From assembly GCA_031385545.1 (NCBI GenBank), contig JANNBN010000130.1, positions 16,852-80,851 on the forward strand: 64,000 nt of DNA, in the 5' to 3' direction. This stretch comes from Acidimicrobiia bacterium (lineage in GTDB: Bacteria > Actinomycetota > Acidimicrobiia > Acidimicrobiales > JANYDT01). The position numbers and the translations under genes were made by a program. Positions 27,994-37,188 of the stretch are shown here, piece after piece. The stretch's first letter is position 1; each line of letters opens with the position of its first letter. The notes beneath the pieces are model-generated. The model ran no database searches. It was not told the DNA's origin and worked only from the letters and a program-made list of their open reading frames with translations.

Positions 27994-30900
27994 TCATTGC
28001 GCCGCCCACATCGACGCGTAATGACCTTCTCGGGCCAGCAACTCGGTATGCGTTCCGGTTTCGACCACGCGTCCTGCCTCCATGACAATGATCCTGTCAG
28101 CCCGGCGAGCCGAGTCGAGCCGATGTGCGATGAGCACCGTCGTGCGGCCCGTGAGACCGCCTCCCAAGGACTCGAATGCATGCTGGACGCGAGCCTCGGT
28201 GGACAGGTCCAGTTGTGCGGTTGCCTCGTCCAGCAGCAGAATCTGCGGATCGACGAGGTGCGCACGAGCGAGCGCCACCAGTTGGCGTTCTCCCGCCGAC
28301 AGGCTGCGTCCCCGAGCCGTGACCACGGTGTCGTAACCATCGGGCATCTGGTCGATCAGTGCGTCGGCACCCACGCTGGTCGCCGACGCAATCACCTGCT
28401 CACGAGTCGCTTCCGGCCGACCGTATGCGATGTTGTGCGCGATCGTGCCACTGAACAACACGGGTTCCTGCGGCACCACCCCCAATCGGGCGCGGTACTG
28501 GGCCTGGTCCATGGATCTCAGGTCAACCCCACCGGCGAGCACCGCGCCATCCGTCGGGTCATACAGCCGGGCGACGAGCTTGACGACAGTCGACTTGCCT
28601 GCGCCCGTGGTGCCGACCAACGCAACCGACTCCCCCGGCTCGATGGTCAGCGACACATCGTGCAACGCATCGGTGACGGCTCCGCCGTACCGGAACGTGA
28701 CGTGATCCAGCTGGATTCGCCTCACCGACGATGGAACCGGCACTGGTTGCGCCGCAGCCGGAGTGGCGGTTTCGACGGCGAACAGGCCGCGTAGTTTCCT
28801 ATTCGCCGCCCCTGCCTGCTGCCAGGTGTCGAAGATGGTCGAGAGCTGCTGAATCGGCGTGAAGAACTGGTTGAGATACAGGACATACGCCGCCATCGCT
28901 CCCTGCCCCAGCAACCCGCTGTCGATCCGGCGGAGCCCAAAGCCCAGCACCAGGGCCGTGCTCGCCACGCCGATGAACTCCACCACCGGGAAATAGAGGC
29001 TGTTGGCCCGCTGTCCTTCCAGGCGCGCACGCCGGTGGGCATCGACAAGCTCCCCGAAGTCGTCGGTGTTGCGTTGTTCCCGACCGCTTGCCTGGACCAC
29101 ACGCACGCCACTGAACGACTCGGCAAGCCGCGCGTTGACGGAAGCAAGCCGTTCGCGCGATCTGTCGTATGCCGACGACGACACCCTGCGGAACCACAGC
29201 GTTGCCAACACCAGGAACGGCACGCCGCTCATGGCCAACATCCCAAGCGCAAGATCGGCATGCAGCATGACGGCTGCGACCACCATCAAGGTCAATGCGT
29301 TGACAACCAGGTTCACCATCCCCTGCTGGAAGAAGGTGGACAGCGCATCGACATCGCTGGTGACCCGTGTAAGCAGTCGGCCGGACAGCTCGCGTTCGTA
29401 GAAGTCGAGCGACAGTCGCTGCAGCTGTCCGAAAACTTTGACGCGCAGGCGGTAGAGGATTCGTTCCGAGACGGCCGCAGTGACCCGCGTCTGCGCACCG
29501 GAAACCAGCATTGCGGCAACAGCAGCGACAAAGAACAGAACGGATGCACGCAGCAGCGCTGACGACGATCCGCGTCGGACGCCGTCGTCGATACCCATCC
29601 TCACGAACAGCGGACCCGAAAGCCCGAGGATCGTCTCCAGCACCACGAGCCCGAGCGTGAACGCAGCTCCCGCCCATTGACCTGAGACCAGCGAGCGAAC
29701 CGTGTGAGGGTCCGGGACACCGAGCGCCGCATCGACGACAACGGCAGCGTTCACACCGGGTTCATCCGTGGCCGGTTGCAGCTCGGCGATCCGCGCGACG
29801 GAGCCCTCGTCCGGAACAGCAAAGCCACCGCCCGTGCCGATCCCGACGCGGGCGACGGACAACCCACCGGGCACGATCGACGAGAAAGGCCGATCCGCCA
29901 ACGCTGCTACCGCTGTCGCCGGTGCGGCGCTGGAGAGTGGACCCGAGTACCGAGCTGGTGCCTGGTCCGACCCGGCATCGGCATCGTCATCGGCATCGTC
30001 GTCGTCCCGGGCCTCGGCAAGCAACCCACGGAACACGCGGGACCGTTGCATCAGTTCGTCGTAGGTTCCCGTGTCGAGCACCTTGCCGCGTTCCATCACG
30101 ATGATGCGGTCGGCCAACAGCAGCGTTGACCGTCGGTGTGCCACCAGGACTACGGTCCGGTTGGCCATTGCGGAACGCAGCGCCTCGTGCACCCAATGCT
30201 CCGTACGCGTATCAAGTGCTGAGGTTGCGTCGTCGAGGATGAGCACCCGCGGGTCGGTCATCAGCGCGCGTGCGAGAGCCAGGCGTTGGCGCTGCCCGCC
30301 TGACAGCGTCAGGCCTTGCTCGCCCACCACCGTGTCATAGCCCTGAGGAAGCGCCATCACGAACTCGTGAGCCTGTGCCGCGGTGGCTGCGAGCACAACG
30401 TCGGCGAACGACGCGTCAGGCCGAGCGAAGCTGAGGTTTTCGCGGACCGACATCGAGAAGAGGAACGCGTCCTCGAACACAACGGAAACTGCGCGTCGCA
30501 GGGACGCCAGCGTGACGTCGCGTACGTCCTGTCCGTCGATCACAATGCTCCCCTCGGCCACTTCGACGAACCTGGCTACCCCCAACGCAACGGTCGATTT
30601 CCCGGAGCCGCTCACTCCTACCAGAGCCACCCGTTCGCCAGGTGCGATCTCGACGGTCGCACCGTCAAGGGCCCGATGTCCGCCCGGGTAGGCAACCACT
30701 GCGTCGGTCAGGGTGACACGCCCGGCCATCTTCCCGGCTTCTGTTTGCCGGATCGGTTCTGCGTCCGGCGCATCGATGATCGATGGGCGGTAGTCCAAGA
30801 GCTCGAAGATCCGCTCGGCGCCTGCCCGTGCCTGCTGCGTGATCGTGAGGATGAGGCTCGACATCCGCACCGGTGCCGCCAGCTGGCTGAGGTAGGTGAA

Positions 30901-31758
30901 GAACGCAACGAGTGTTCCCACGCTCAGCGAACCATCGATGGCTGCGTGGCCGCCGACGAGCAGCACAGCGACCAGCCCGAACGAGGGGACGGCCGCAAGT
31001 GGTGGTGACCAGCGGGACGTGATGCGAGCCGACCGCATCCGGCTCCCGAACACATCGCGTGCAGACCGATCGAACGCGGTCAGCTCCCGGCGTTCCTGTC
31101 CGAAGCTTTTGACCACCCTGACCCCCGAAATGGCTTCTTCAGCCTTTGTCGTCAGGTCGCCGACCTTGGCGAGCGCGTCAAGGTTGGCAGGAAAGGTCCA
31201 TTTGCGGAGCTGCCGGCCGAGCAGCAACATCGGCGGGAAAAGGGCGACCGTGATGATGGTGAGCAGGGGCGAGAGCATGGCCATCACCACGACGGACAGC
31301 ACCAGTTGGACGAGCGTCGATGACAGCAGCGGGCCGAACGACAGCAGGCCTCCGATCAGCCCGATATCGGCGTTGGCCCGGCTCACCACCTGCCCCTGCG
31401 CAAGCGCATCGTGTGTGACCGGATCGAGCGTCTGCAGGTGGTCGTGGATCAGCATCCGTAACGTTGCTTCGGTTCCAGCCGACAGACGGCCCGCATGCCA
31501 GCGTCGGACGTAGATCATCAGCGCGCGTACGATACCGAGCACCACGAGGACTGCCAACCACAGGGATCGTGATCCGTTTCCGTCGAGCAGCTTACGGATC
31601 ACCAGTGGCGACCCAAGCCCAGCAAGCACGACCAAGGCGGCGGCACCAAGCGCGCTGACACCGTAGCGTCGGTCCGGGCCCATCAGCCCGACCAACCGCC
31701 GGAGCCATGCCTGCGAGTGTGGCTGACCCGTCATCGGCGCTTTCCGCATCATCATGAA
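27994..31758 (-). CDS. Fused full-length ABC exporter (TMD-NBD-TMD-NBD in one polypeptide)
   Basis: One uninterrupted ORF. NBD1: GVSGSGKST / LSGGQRQRLALARAL / LILDDATSALD. Acidic linker DDDDADDDAD. NBD2: GTTGAGKST / LSAGERQLVALARAH / LLLDEATAQLD. Start set to ATG 31758 (MMMRK) to avoid a 56-nt overlap with the upstream gene. Start uncertain (31830, 31758 or 31734). Confidence 0.85.
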   Translation of the reverse strand, partial: FMMMRKAPMTGQPHSQAWLRRLVGLMGPDRRYGVSALGAAALVVLAGLGSPLVIRKLLDGNGSRSLWLAVLVVLGIVRALMIYVRRWHAGRLSAGTEATLRMLIHDHLQTLDPVTHDALAQGQVVSRANADIGLIGGLLSFGPLLSSTLVQLVLSVVVMAMLSPLLTIITVALFPPMLLLGRQLRKWTFPANLDALAKVGDLTTKAEEAISGVRVVKSFGQERRELTAFDRSARDVFGSRMRSARITSRWSPPLAAVPSFGLVAVLLVGGHAAIDGSLSVGTLVAFFTYLSQLAAPVRMSSLILTITQQARAGAERIFELLDYRPSIIDAPDAEPIRQTEAGKMAGRVTLTDAVVAYPGGHRALDGATVEIAPGERVALVGVSGSGKSTVALGVARFVEVAEGSIVIDGQDVRDVTLASLRRAVSVVFEDAFLFSMSVRENLSFARPDASFADVVLAATAAQAHEFVMALPQGYDTVVGEQGLTLSGGQRQRLALARALMTDPRVLILDDATSALDTRTEHWVHEALRSAMANRTVVLVAHRRSTLLLADRIIVMERGKVLDTGTYDELMQRSRVFRGLLAEARDDDDADDDADAGSDQAPARYSGPLSSAAPATAVAALADRPFSSIVPGGLSVARVGIGTGGGFAVPDEGSVARIAELQPATDEPGVNAAVVVDAALGVPDPHTVRSLVSGQWAGAAFTLGLVVLETILGLSGPLFVRMGIDDGVRRGSSSALLRASVLFFVAAVAAMLVSGAQTRVTAAVSERILYRLRVKVFGQLQRLSLDFYERELSGRLLTRVTSDVDALSTFFQQGMVNLVVNALTLMVVAAVMLHADLALGMLAMSGVPFLVLATLWFRRVSSSAYDRSRERLASVNARLAESFSGVRVVQASGREQRNTDDFGELVDAHRRARLEGQRANSLYFPVVEFIGVASTALVLGFGLRRIDSGLLGQGAMAAYVLYLNQFFTPIQQLSTIFDTWQQAGAANRKLRGLFAVETATPAAAQPVPVPSSVRRIQLDHVTFRYGGAVTDALHDVSLTIEPGESVALVGTTGAGKSTVVKLVARLYDPTDGAVLAGGVDLRSMDQAQYRARLGVVPQEPVLFSGTIAHNIAYGRPEATREQVIASATSVGADALIDQMPDGYDTVVTARGRSLSAGERQLVALARAHLVDPQILLLDEATAQLDLSTEARVQHAFESLGGGLTGRTTVLIAHRLDSARRADRIIVMEAGRVVETGTHTELLAREGHYASMWAAQ

Positions 31759-31774
31759 CGCCCGCTGAAGACCG

Positions 31775-33247
31775 TCACGCCAGACCGAGGAGCGACCGGA
31801 ACCGCATCCCGCGTTCTCGGTAATCGGCAAACCGGCCGAACGACGGAGCCGCAGGCGACAGCAGCAGCACCCCGCCGACCGGGACCGACGTCAGCAGAAG
31901 GGGAATCGCGTCGTCGAAATCGTCGACCTGTGCAACTGACACGGCAGTGTTACCGCTCTGCCTGCACGCGCTCGCGATGAGTGCTGCGATACGTGGGCCG
32001 GACTGCGGAACGCCCACGACCCAAATTGGTTCGCGCCGTTTCGCGATCGCGTCGGCGAGCGGCTGGTAGTCGAGACCTCGGTCGTGCCCGCCGATGATGA
32101 TCCCGACAGGACGGTCGTCGTACGCAGCCAACGCCGCAACCGCAGCTTGCGGTGCCGTGGAGAGGCTGTCGTCGATCACGTCTCGCCCATCGACGGTACC
32201 GACCGGCTGCAACCGATGGTCAAGCGGACGGAACGCACTCAACGCCTGGAGCAACGCGTCGCGGTGGTCCCATGGCTCCCATCCGGCGCAGCGCAGCGCG
32301 CTGAGCGCACCGCAGAGGTTGGCCCCGTTGTGCCTGCCGACAAGTGGGATGCCCGCAAGCTGAACGAACGTTCGAACACCCTCGATGATGGATCCATCCG
32401 GCGCGACCATGAACCCACGCTCGTCGCCGTACGGAACCAGTTCGACCATCGCATCGCCGCCGGCCTGGAGGTCGCTGATTGCACGTTCAAGGCACGCTTC
32501 GACATCGGGCACCGAGACGTTCGCGACAACCCGGCTAGAAACACTGCTGGCAACACCCTGGCCCGCCGCACGCCTCGGATGGCGGAACAGGTTGACCTTG
32601 TCGTCGAAGTAACGCTGCGCGGTCTCGTGCCAGTCGAGGTGCTCGGGAAACAGCGAAGTGAGCACACCGACCGCTGGGCTGTTACGCACTTCGCTCGTCT
32701 GGAAGCTGGACAACTCCAACACGTGCCATCGCGCTCCGGGGAAAGGGTCGCCGGCGCCAAGACCGGCGGCAAGCACATCAAGCGGAGCACGTCCCACGTT
32801 GCCAGCCAGCAGCACGTCGTCGGTAAGCGCGCTCAGTAAGTGCGCAATGAGCGACGACGTGGTGCTCTTGCCCTTGCTGCCGGTCACGGCAATGGTGCGA
32901 CTCAGTGGGTCCGACGGAGCGGCCGCTGCTTCCGCGAACCACAGAGCTGTTCCGCCGAACACCTGGATGTGCGGGTTGGTGGCGATGACATCGTGGAACC
33001 CCCCGTGGTACGGCGAGATACCGGGTGACTTGAGGATGACGTCAACAGCAGGCGGAAACGGATCGTTGCTGAGATCCACCACGGCGACACCCTGGATCGT
33101 GGACGGGTCCGCGGGTCTGGCACTGTCGATGACCACCACGACGGATGCTGCAGCACCATGCTGGAGGAGCAGCGATACGGCCGCAGTTCCTTCGACCCCG
33201 GCGCCCCACACGGCGACGTGGCGGCCGCGGAGATCGGCGAGCTTCAC
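31775..33247 (-). CDS. MurD-family Mur ligase encoded outside any visible dcw cluster (MurD2 candidate)
   Basis: About 490 aa from a GTG at 33247 (GTGA overlap with the upstream stop). VAVWGAGVEGTAAV Rossmann motif, VTGSKGKSTTSSL P-loop, C-terminal LLLSPAAPSFGRFADYRERGMRF typical of MurD. Confidence 0.75.
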   Translation of the reverse strand: MKLADLRGRHVAVWGAGVEGTAAVSLLLQHGAAASVVVVIDSARPADPSTIQGVAVVDLSNDPFPPAVDVILKSPGISPYHGGFHDVIATNPHIQVFGGTALWFAEAAAAPSDPLSRTIAVTGSKGKSTTSSLIAHLLSALTDDVLLAGNVGRAPLDVLAAGLGAGDPFPGARWHVLELSSFQTSEVRNSPAVGVLTSLFPEHLDWHETAQRYFDDKVNLFRHPRRAAGQGVASSVSSRVVANVSVPDVEACLERAISDLQAGGDAMVELVPYGDERGFMVAPDGSIIEGVRTFVQLAGIPLVGRHNGANLCGALSALRCAGWEPWDHRDALLQALSAFRPLDHRLQPVGTVDGRDVIDDSLSTAPQAAVAALAAYDDRPVGIIIGGHDRGLDYQPLADAIAKRREPIWVVGVPQSGPRIAALIASACRQSGNTAVSVAQVDDFDDAIPLLLTSVPVGGVLLLSPAAPSFGRFADYRERGMRFRSLLGLA

Positions 33248-34734
33248 GAAACGGGACCCGGGTGAATTATCCCCCGGTAGTCGGGGGCCACCAGCGGCGC
33301 AGCGTGCAGCGTGTAGACGGAACAGATATCGGCGTCGGTCGGCCACCCGCTGGCCGCTCGCACCTCAGCGGCCAAGTGACGGAGGGCCGGATGATCCGAC
33401 CATTCAGCCCGCTCGATGATCGACGCGAGAGCAACACGGCACTCCAGGTGTTCTCCGACGCACTCGAACGGCTTCCACTCGGACAGGCCGAGCAGCGCAC
33501 GGAATCCTTCGATGGATGACGACGAAAACAACTCAGAACCCCAGATGCGCTCAACCTCGGTACGGGGCAATGACGTGCACAGTGCTAAGTACACGAACTG
33601 ACACTTGGGGCACTCGCCGCACCACCGGGTCACCCGACGTGCGGGGTCGATGCGCTGCGTGCGGTTGCAGCTGGAGAACGAATCGAAGTAGCGCCGGCAC
33701 GTGGCAGCGAAGCGCTGCGAGATGTCAAGCTCTGACAGCGGACGCAGCAGCGAGAACCAACGTAGCTCCGGCGTGATGCGAGCGACAGCTGCCGCAATGG
33801 CCGACTCTGCTTCGTCGCTCTTGGCCCACTGGTGGTTGATCGCGACACCGCGGTATTCGACGTTGCCTTCCGAGGCTGATCGTTCGTTGGACATCACCAA
33901 CGAATCGTGGCCGCCGAGCACCGCTGCGATGAGCGCCGCGAACGACACGATTGCGGTCGCCGGCACATGCCCGTTGCGGGCGCCCAGCTCGTTGAGCTCG
34001 ACGATGGCCGGGTCGATGATCCGTTCGACGGCCACGTCGGGCAGGCCCGATGCGTCGATGACGTCTTGGATGATGGGGAAACGCCGCACCGTGACGAGGG
34101 TCGGCGCTCGGCCCGCTGCCCGAAGTGCCTCGATGGTGACGCAAGAGTCTTTTCCTCCTCCCACCGCTACCAAGGGGCCGTTGCCCAATTCTGCACCAGC
34201 CCGTTCGGGCTTGGTCTCGTGCACGTCGACGTGCCAAGCCGGGCGCAGTTCTGGGTCAAGCCCGTTGACGAAGCAGTATTCGCCCAGTCCCCGGGTCAAC
34301 AGCAGCTGGTGCAGGGCAAGGTCGTCTGAGCTGATTCGGCCGTGCACACGGATGTCTGCAGCGGCCGATGCCTTGTAATAGCTGAGCCCCGCCACGACCC
34401 AGAGATGTGTCAGCAGACGTTCAGCTATGTTCCAGCGGGTCGCCCAGACAGTCGAAGCATCGGACGCTTCCGTGGCGACATGAAACAGGTACCGCTCGGT
34501 GAACCGGATGACGTCACCTGCTGGGTCAAGTCCACCGCCGTGTCGGAACGCGTCGAGCAGGTCGTCGATCGGCGCGTTCAGCGGCAGGTCGGACCGCGCA
34601 AGGCAGTAGTGCAGGTCTGCATTGACCGTCTCGGCGGTTCGGGTGAACGTCCAACCGAGGTGGTGGAACCACGGCCAGTCGGCCGGGTCGAACCCGGGGT
34701 CGAGAATCCCTTCGGGCAGTCCGCCGGCTGTCAT
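33244..34734 (-). CDS. PP-loop-type ATPase with a QueC-like Cys cluster (MurL-type epimerase candidate)
   Basis: About 496 aa from the ATG at 34734 (ATGA overlap with the GGDEF-EAL stop). VAVGGGKDSCVTIEAL resembles the SGGxDS PP-loop. WCGECPKCQF is a CxxCxxC cluster. The function is inferred. Confidence 0.45.
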   Translation of the reverse strand: MTAGGLPEGILDPGFDPADWPWFHHLGWTFTRTAETVNADLHYCLARSDLPLNAPIDDLLDAFRHGGGLDPAGDVIRFTERYLFHVATEASDASTVWATRWNIAERLLTHLWVVAGLSYYKASAAADIRVHGRISSDDLALHQLLLTRGLGEYCFVNGLDPELRPAWHVDVHETKPERAGAELGNGPLVAVGGGKDSCVTIEALRAAGRAPTLVTVRRFPIIQDVIDASGLPDVAVERIIDPAIVELNELGARNGHVPATAIVSFAALIAAVLGGHDSLVMSNERSASEGNVEYRGVAINHQWAKSDEAESAIAAAVARITPELRWFSLLRPLSELDISQRFAATCRRYFDSFSSCNRTQRIDPARRVTRWCGECPKCQFVYLALCTSLPRTEVERIWGSELFSSSSIEGFRALLGLSEWKPFECVGEHLECRVALASIIERAEWSDHPALRHLAAEVRAASGWPTDADICSVYTLHAAPLVAPDYRGIIHPGPVS

Positions 34735-36626
34735 GCGTGGGTGACCGGGCCCGCTGCATGGCGGCGGCGGAGCCAGTCGACCAGGACGTCGGCCGGGAGC
34801 GGGCGTGACACCAGGTACCCCTGCGCAATGGTGCAGCCGAGCCACCGAAGCTGCTCGAGTGAACGTTCGTCCTCGACACCTTCTGCAACCGTATCGAGAC
34901 CGAAGCTGCTGGCGACCTCGATGACGGCCCGGACGATTGCCAGGTTGGCCGGATTGTCTGCCAAGTCGATGACGAAGGACTTGTCGATCTTCAATTCATC
35001 CACGTCGAGGCGGGCGAGGTACGCCAACGCCGAGTAGCCCGTGCCGAAATCGTCGATCGACAGCCGGACACCGAGGGCCTTGATGCGTTCAACGACGCTG
35101 CGAGACACTTCGGAGTCGGTCGTGAACTCGCTCTCGGTGATCTCGAGGGTCAGCCATTCGCCGCTGAGCCCGGCGATGGTCAGCGCGTTGGCAATGTCGT
35201 CTGGCAGGTCGATGTCACGCAGGCAACGAGCGGGGAGGTTGACAGCCACGCCCATCGACAGTCCCTCGCGGTGCCATTGCGCGCATTGCGGCAGCGCCGT
35301 GTGCAGCACGAACCAGGTGAGGTCGTGGATGAGGCCTGTGTGCTCAGCCAACGGCACCAATTCGTCCGGAGGGATTGCGCCCCGCACGGGATGACGCCAG
35401 CGGACGAGGGCTTCAGCACCGACGACTGCTCCGGTGGCGATATCGGTCTTGGGCTGGTAGTGCACGTCGAGTTCGCCCAGCTCGATCGCCTGGCGAAGAT
35501 CGACGACAAGCTCAAGCTGGTCAGTGGTGACCCTCTCGTGGATGGGGTCCCACATTTCGAGTGTGGACTCGGGTGCTTCCTTGGCGACATACATCGCAAC
35601 GTCGGCATGACGAAGGAGGACGCTGCGCGTGACACCGTGGAACGGAGCGACTGCCATCCCCATCGCGGCGTCGACGTGGATGGTGGCGTCGCCTGCGTCG
35701 ATGGGACCGGCCACCGCTCGGAGCAACCGGGCAGCCTGAGCCTGGGCATCGTCGAGGTCCACGACATCGGAGAACAGGACGGCGAACGAATCGCCACCGA
35801 TACGCGCCGCCGCGCAGTCGACCCGAAGCGACCTCACCAGCCGCTGGGCGACTTCGGCCACAACGGTGTCGCCGACGGTGTGTCCGAAGCTGGCGTTGAT
35901 CTCTTTGAACCGGTTGAGGTCGAATACGACCAGCGCTGCAGCGTGCGGGCTTGCCGTTGCCATGGAGGCCGACACGCGTGTGAGCGCGGCGTCTATGGCC
36001 TGATCGAATGCGATGCGGTTTGCAAGACCGGTCAACGGGTCGTGGGTGGCGTCGTGCTCGTGGTCGTCGAGTTCGGCGGCGAGTTCGGTGCTGAGACGTG
36101 ACGCACCCATCGCAAGCGCGACGAAGTGGCCTGCTGCGCTGGCGGCTGACAGGTCGACGGAAGAGTCTGCGTGCGGTGCGAGGTACAGCTCGCCGATGAG
36201 GTCACCGTTGCAATGCATCGGAAGTTGCACCACACCCGGCCGGATGTCGGCGTGACGGCTGATGTTGGCGAGCGGGTCGGTGGACCAACGAGACGACCGG
36301 CCGTCGTACATCACGATCTCGGCAATCGCCGCCCGGGTTGCTTTGAGCGTTGAACGGAGCAGTTCGAGCGGGTCGGGATGCAGCGCTGTTGCCAGCTCGC
36401 CCAGGGCGCCCAAGCGGTCGAGGTGTTCGGACCGGTACGAGTCCAACACAGCGACCGAACCGGTGCGCCGATCGACCCGACGGGGCGTCCTGCGATCAGG
36501 CCGGGGCGGAGGAGAGGTCACGTGTCGGGTTCGGTTCTCGGGGGATTCGGTCTTAGCGTGGTTCCGCTGACAGACCTGGGTTCGACCGAGGCAAAATTCG
36601 GGCCCAGAACAGCTCGGACATGCCAC
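34731..36626 (-). CDS. GAF-like sensor / degenerate GGDEF (GGDSF) / EAL phosphodiesterase protein
   Basis: 631-aa ORF. HDPLTGLANR...RIGGDSFAVLF, with the fourth GGDEF position Ser. The EAL domain looks intact: EALVRW, DDFGTGYS, ELKIDKSF, AEGVEDE, AQGY. Start uncertain. Confidence 0.85.
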   Translation of the reverse strand: MACPSCSGPEFCLGRTQVCQRNHAKTESPENRTRHVTSPPPRPDRRTPRRVDRRTGSVAVLDSYRSEHLDRLGALGELATALHPDPLELLRSTLKATRAAIAEIVMYDGRSSRWSTDPLANISRHADIRPGVVQLPMHCNGDLIGELYLAPHADSSVDLSAASAAGHFVALAMGASRLSTELAAELDDHEHDATHDPLTGLANRIAFDQAIDAALTRVSASMATASPHAAALVVFDLNRFKEINASFGHTVGDTVVAEVAQRLVRSLRVDCAAARIGGDSFAVLFSDVVDLDDAQAQAARLLRAVAGPIDAGDATIHVDAAMGMAVAPFHGVTRSVLLRHADVAMYVAKEAPESTLEMWDPIHERVTTDQLELVVDLRQAIELGELDVHYQPKTDIATGAVVGAEALVRWRHPVRGAIPPDELVPLAEHTGLIHDLTWFVLHTALPQCAQWHREGLSMGVAVNLPARCLRDIDLPDDIANALTIAGLSGEWLTLEITESEFTTDSEVSRSVVERIKALGVRLSIDDFGTGYSALAYLARLDVDELKIDKSFVIDLADNPANLAIVRAVIEVASSFGLDTVAEGVEDERSLEQLRWLGCTIAQGYLVSRPLPADVLVDWLRRRHAAGPVTHA

Positions 36627-36852
36627 AGGCGATAGAGTTCGAGCTTACCAGCGGTCGCCCCAACCGAACCGCACGGAGCACCAAGTTCGCCAGCAACTTT
36701 GCCAGCAACGTCACCACGCCCGGTGAGGGACTAATCTTGAGCGTGAGGGGCGACGAACCCAGCCGTTCAGTGCCGATACGTCAGTCCTCCCCGCTTTATC
36801 TGCCGCCTGTTACAGCCCCACCTGCCCTTTCTCGTCGATCGGAAGCTTGCAC

Positions 36853-37146
36853 ATGAACACCGCTACAGACTGGCGGCTAGAGTCGGCTGCGCCCAGCCGC
36901 ATCAGCTCTTCTGCTCCGGTATCGACCCCGGGCCCATTGCCCCGGCCAGAGGTTTCCTCCATGTACTCGCCAGCCTCCATCGCTTTCTTCGGTCTCAGTG
37001 GCTCAGCCGTCGGGGCAGCCGGGGTCACCGGCAGTTTCGGAGGGCTCACCAGCCTGTTCGTCACCGCCATCGTGCTTTCAATCCTGTTCTTCGGGCTGCT
37101 TGCCGCCCGAGCGGTCGTTCGCCGCCGCCACGGCGTCAGCCGCTGA
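36853..37146 (+). CDS. Small two-segment hydrophobic membrane protein upstream of the GT2 synthase
   Basis: 97 aa from the ATG at 36853. Hydrophobic stretches SIAFFGLSGSAVGAAGV and LFVTAIVLSILFFGLLAA followed by RRRH. GC-rich third positions. No recognisable family. Confidence 0.4.
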   Translation: MNTATDWRLESAAPSRISSSAPVSTPGPLPRPEVSSMYSPASIAFFGLSGSAVGAAGVTGSFGGLTSLFVTAIVLSILFFGLLAARAVVRRRHGVSR

Positions 37147-37188
37147 TCAGCCACCCAATTCAAGGAAAACACCGGGTCGGCTTCCACA

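Noticed and set aside
36627-36846. A c-di-GMP riboswitch in the divergent region between the EAL gene and the GT2 operon.
   Set aside because: I could not find the conserved GEMM-I/II sequence blocks or a convincing paired architecture. Only weak local complementarity is present.
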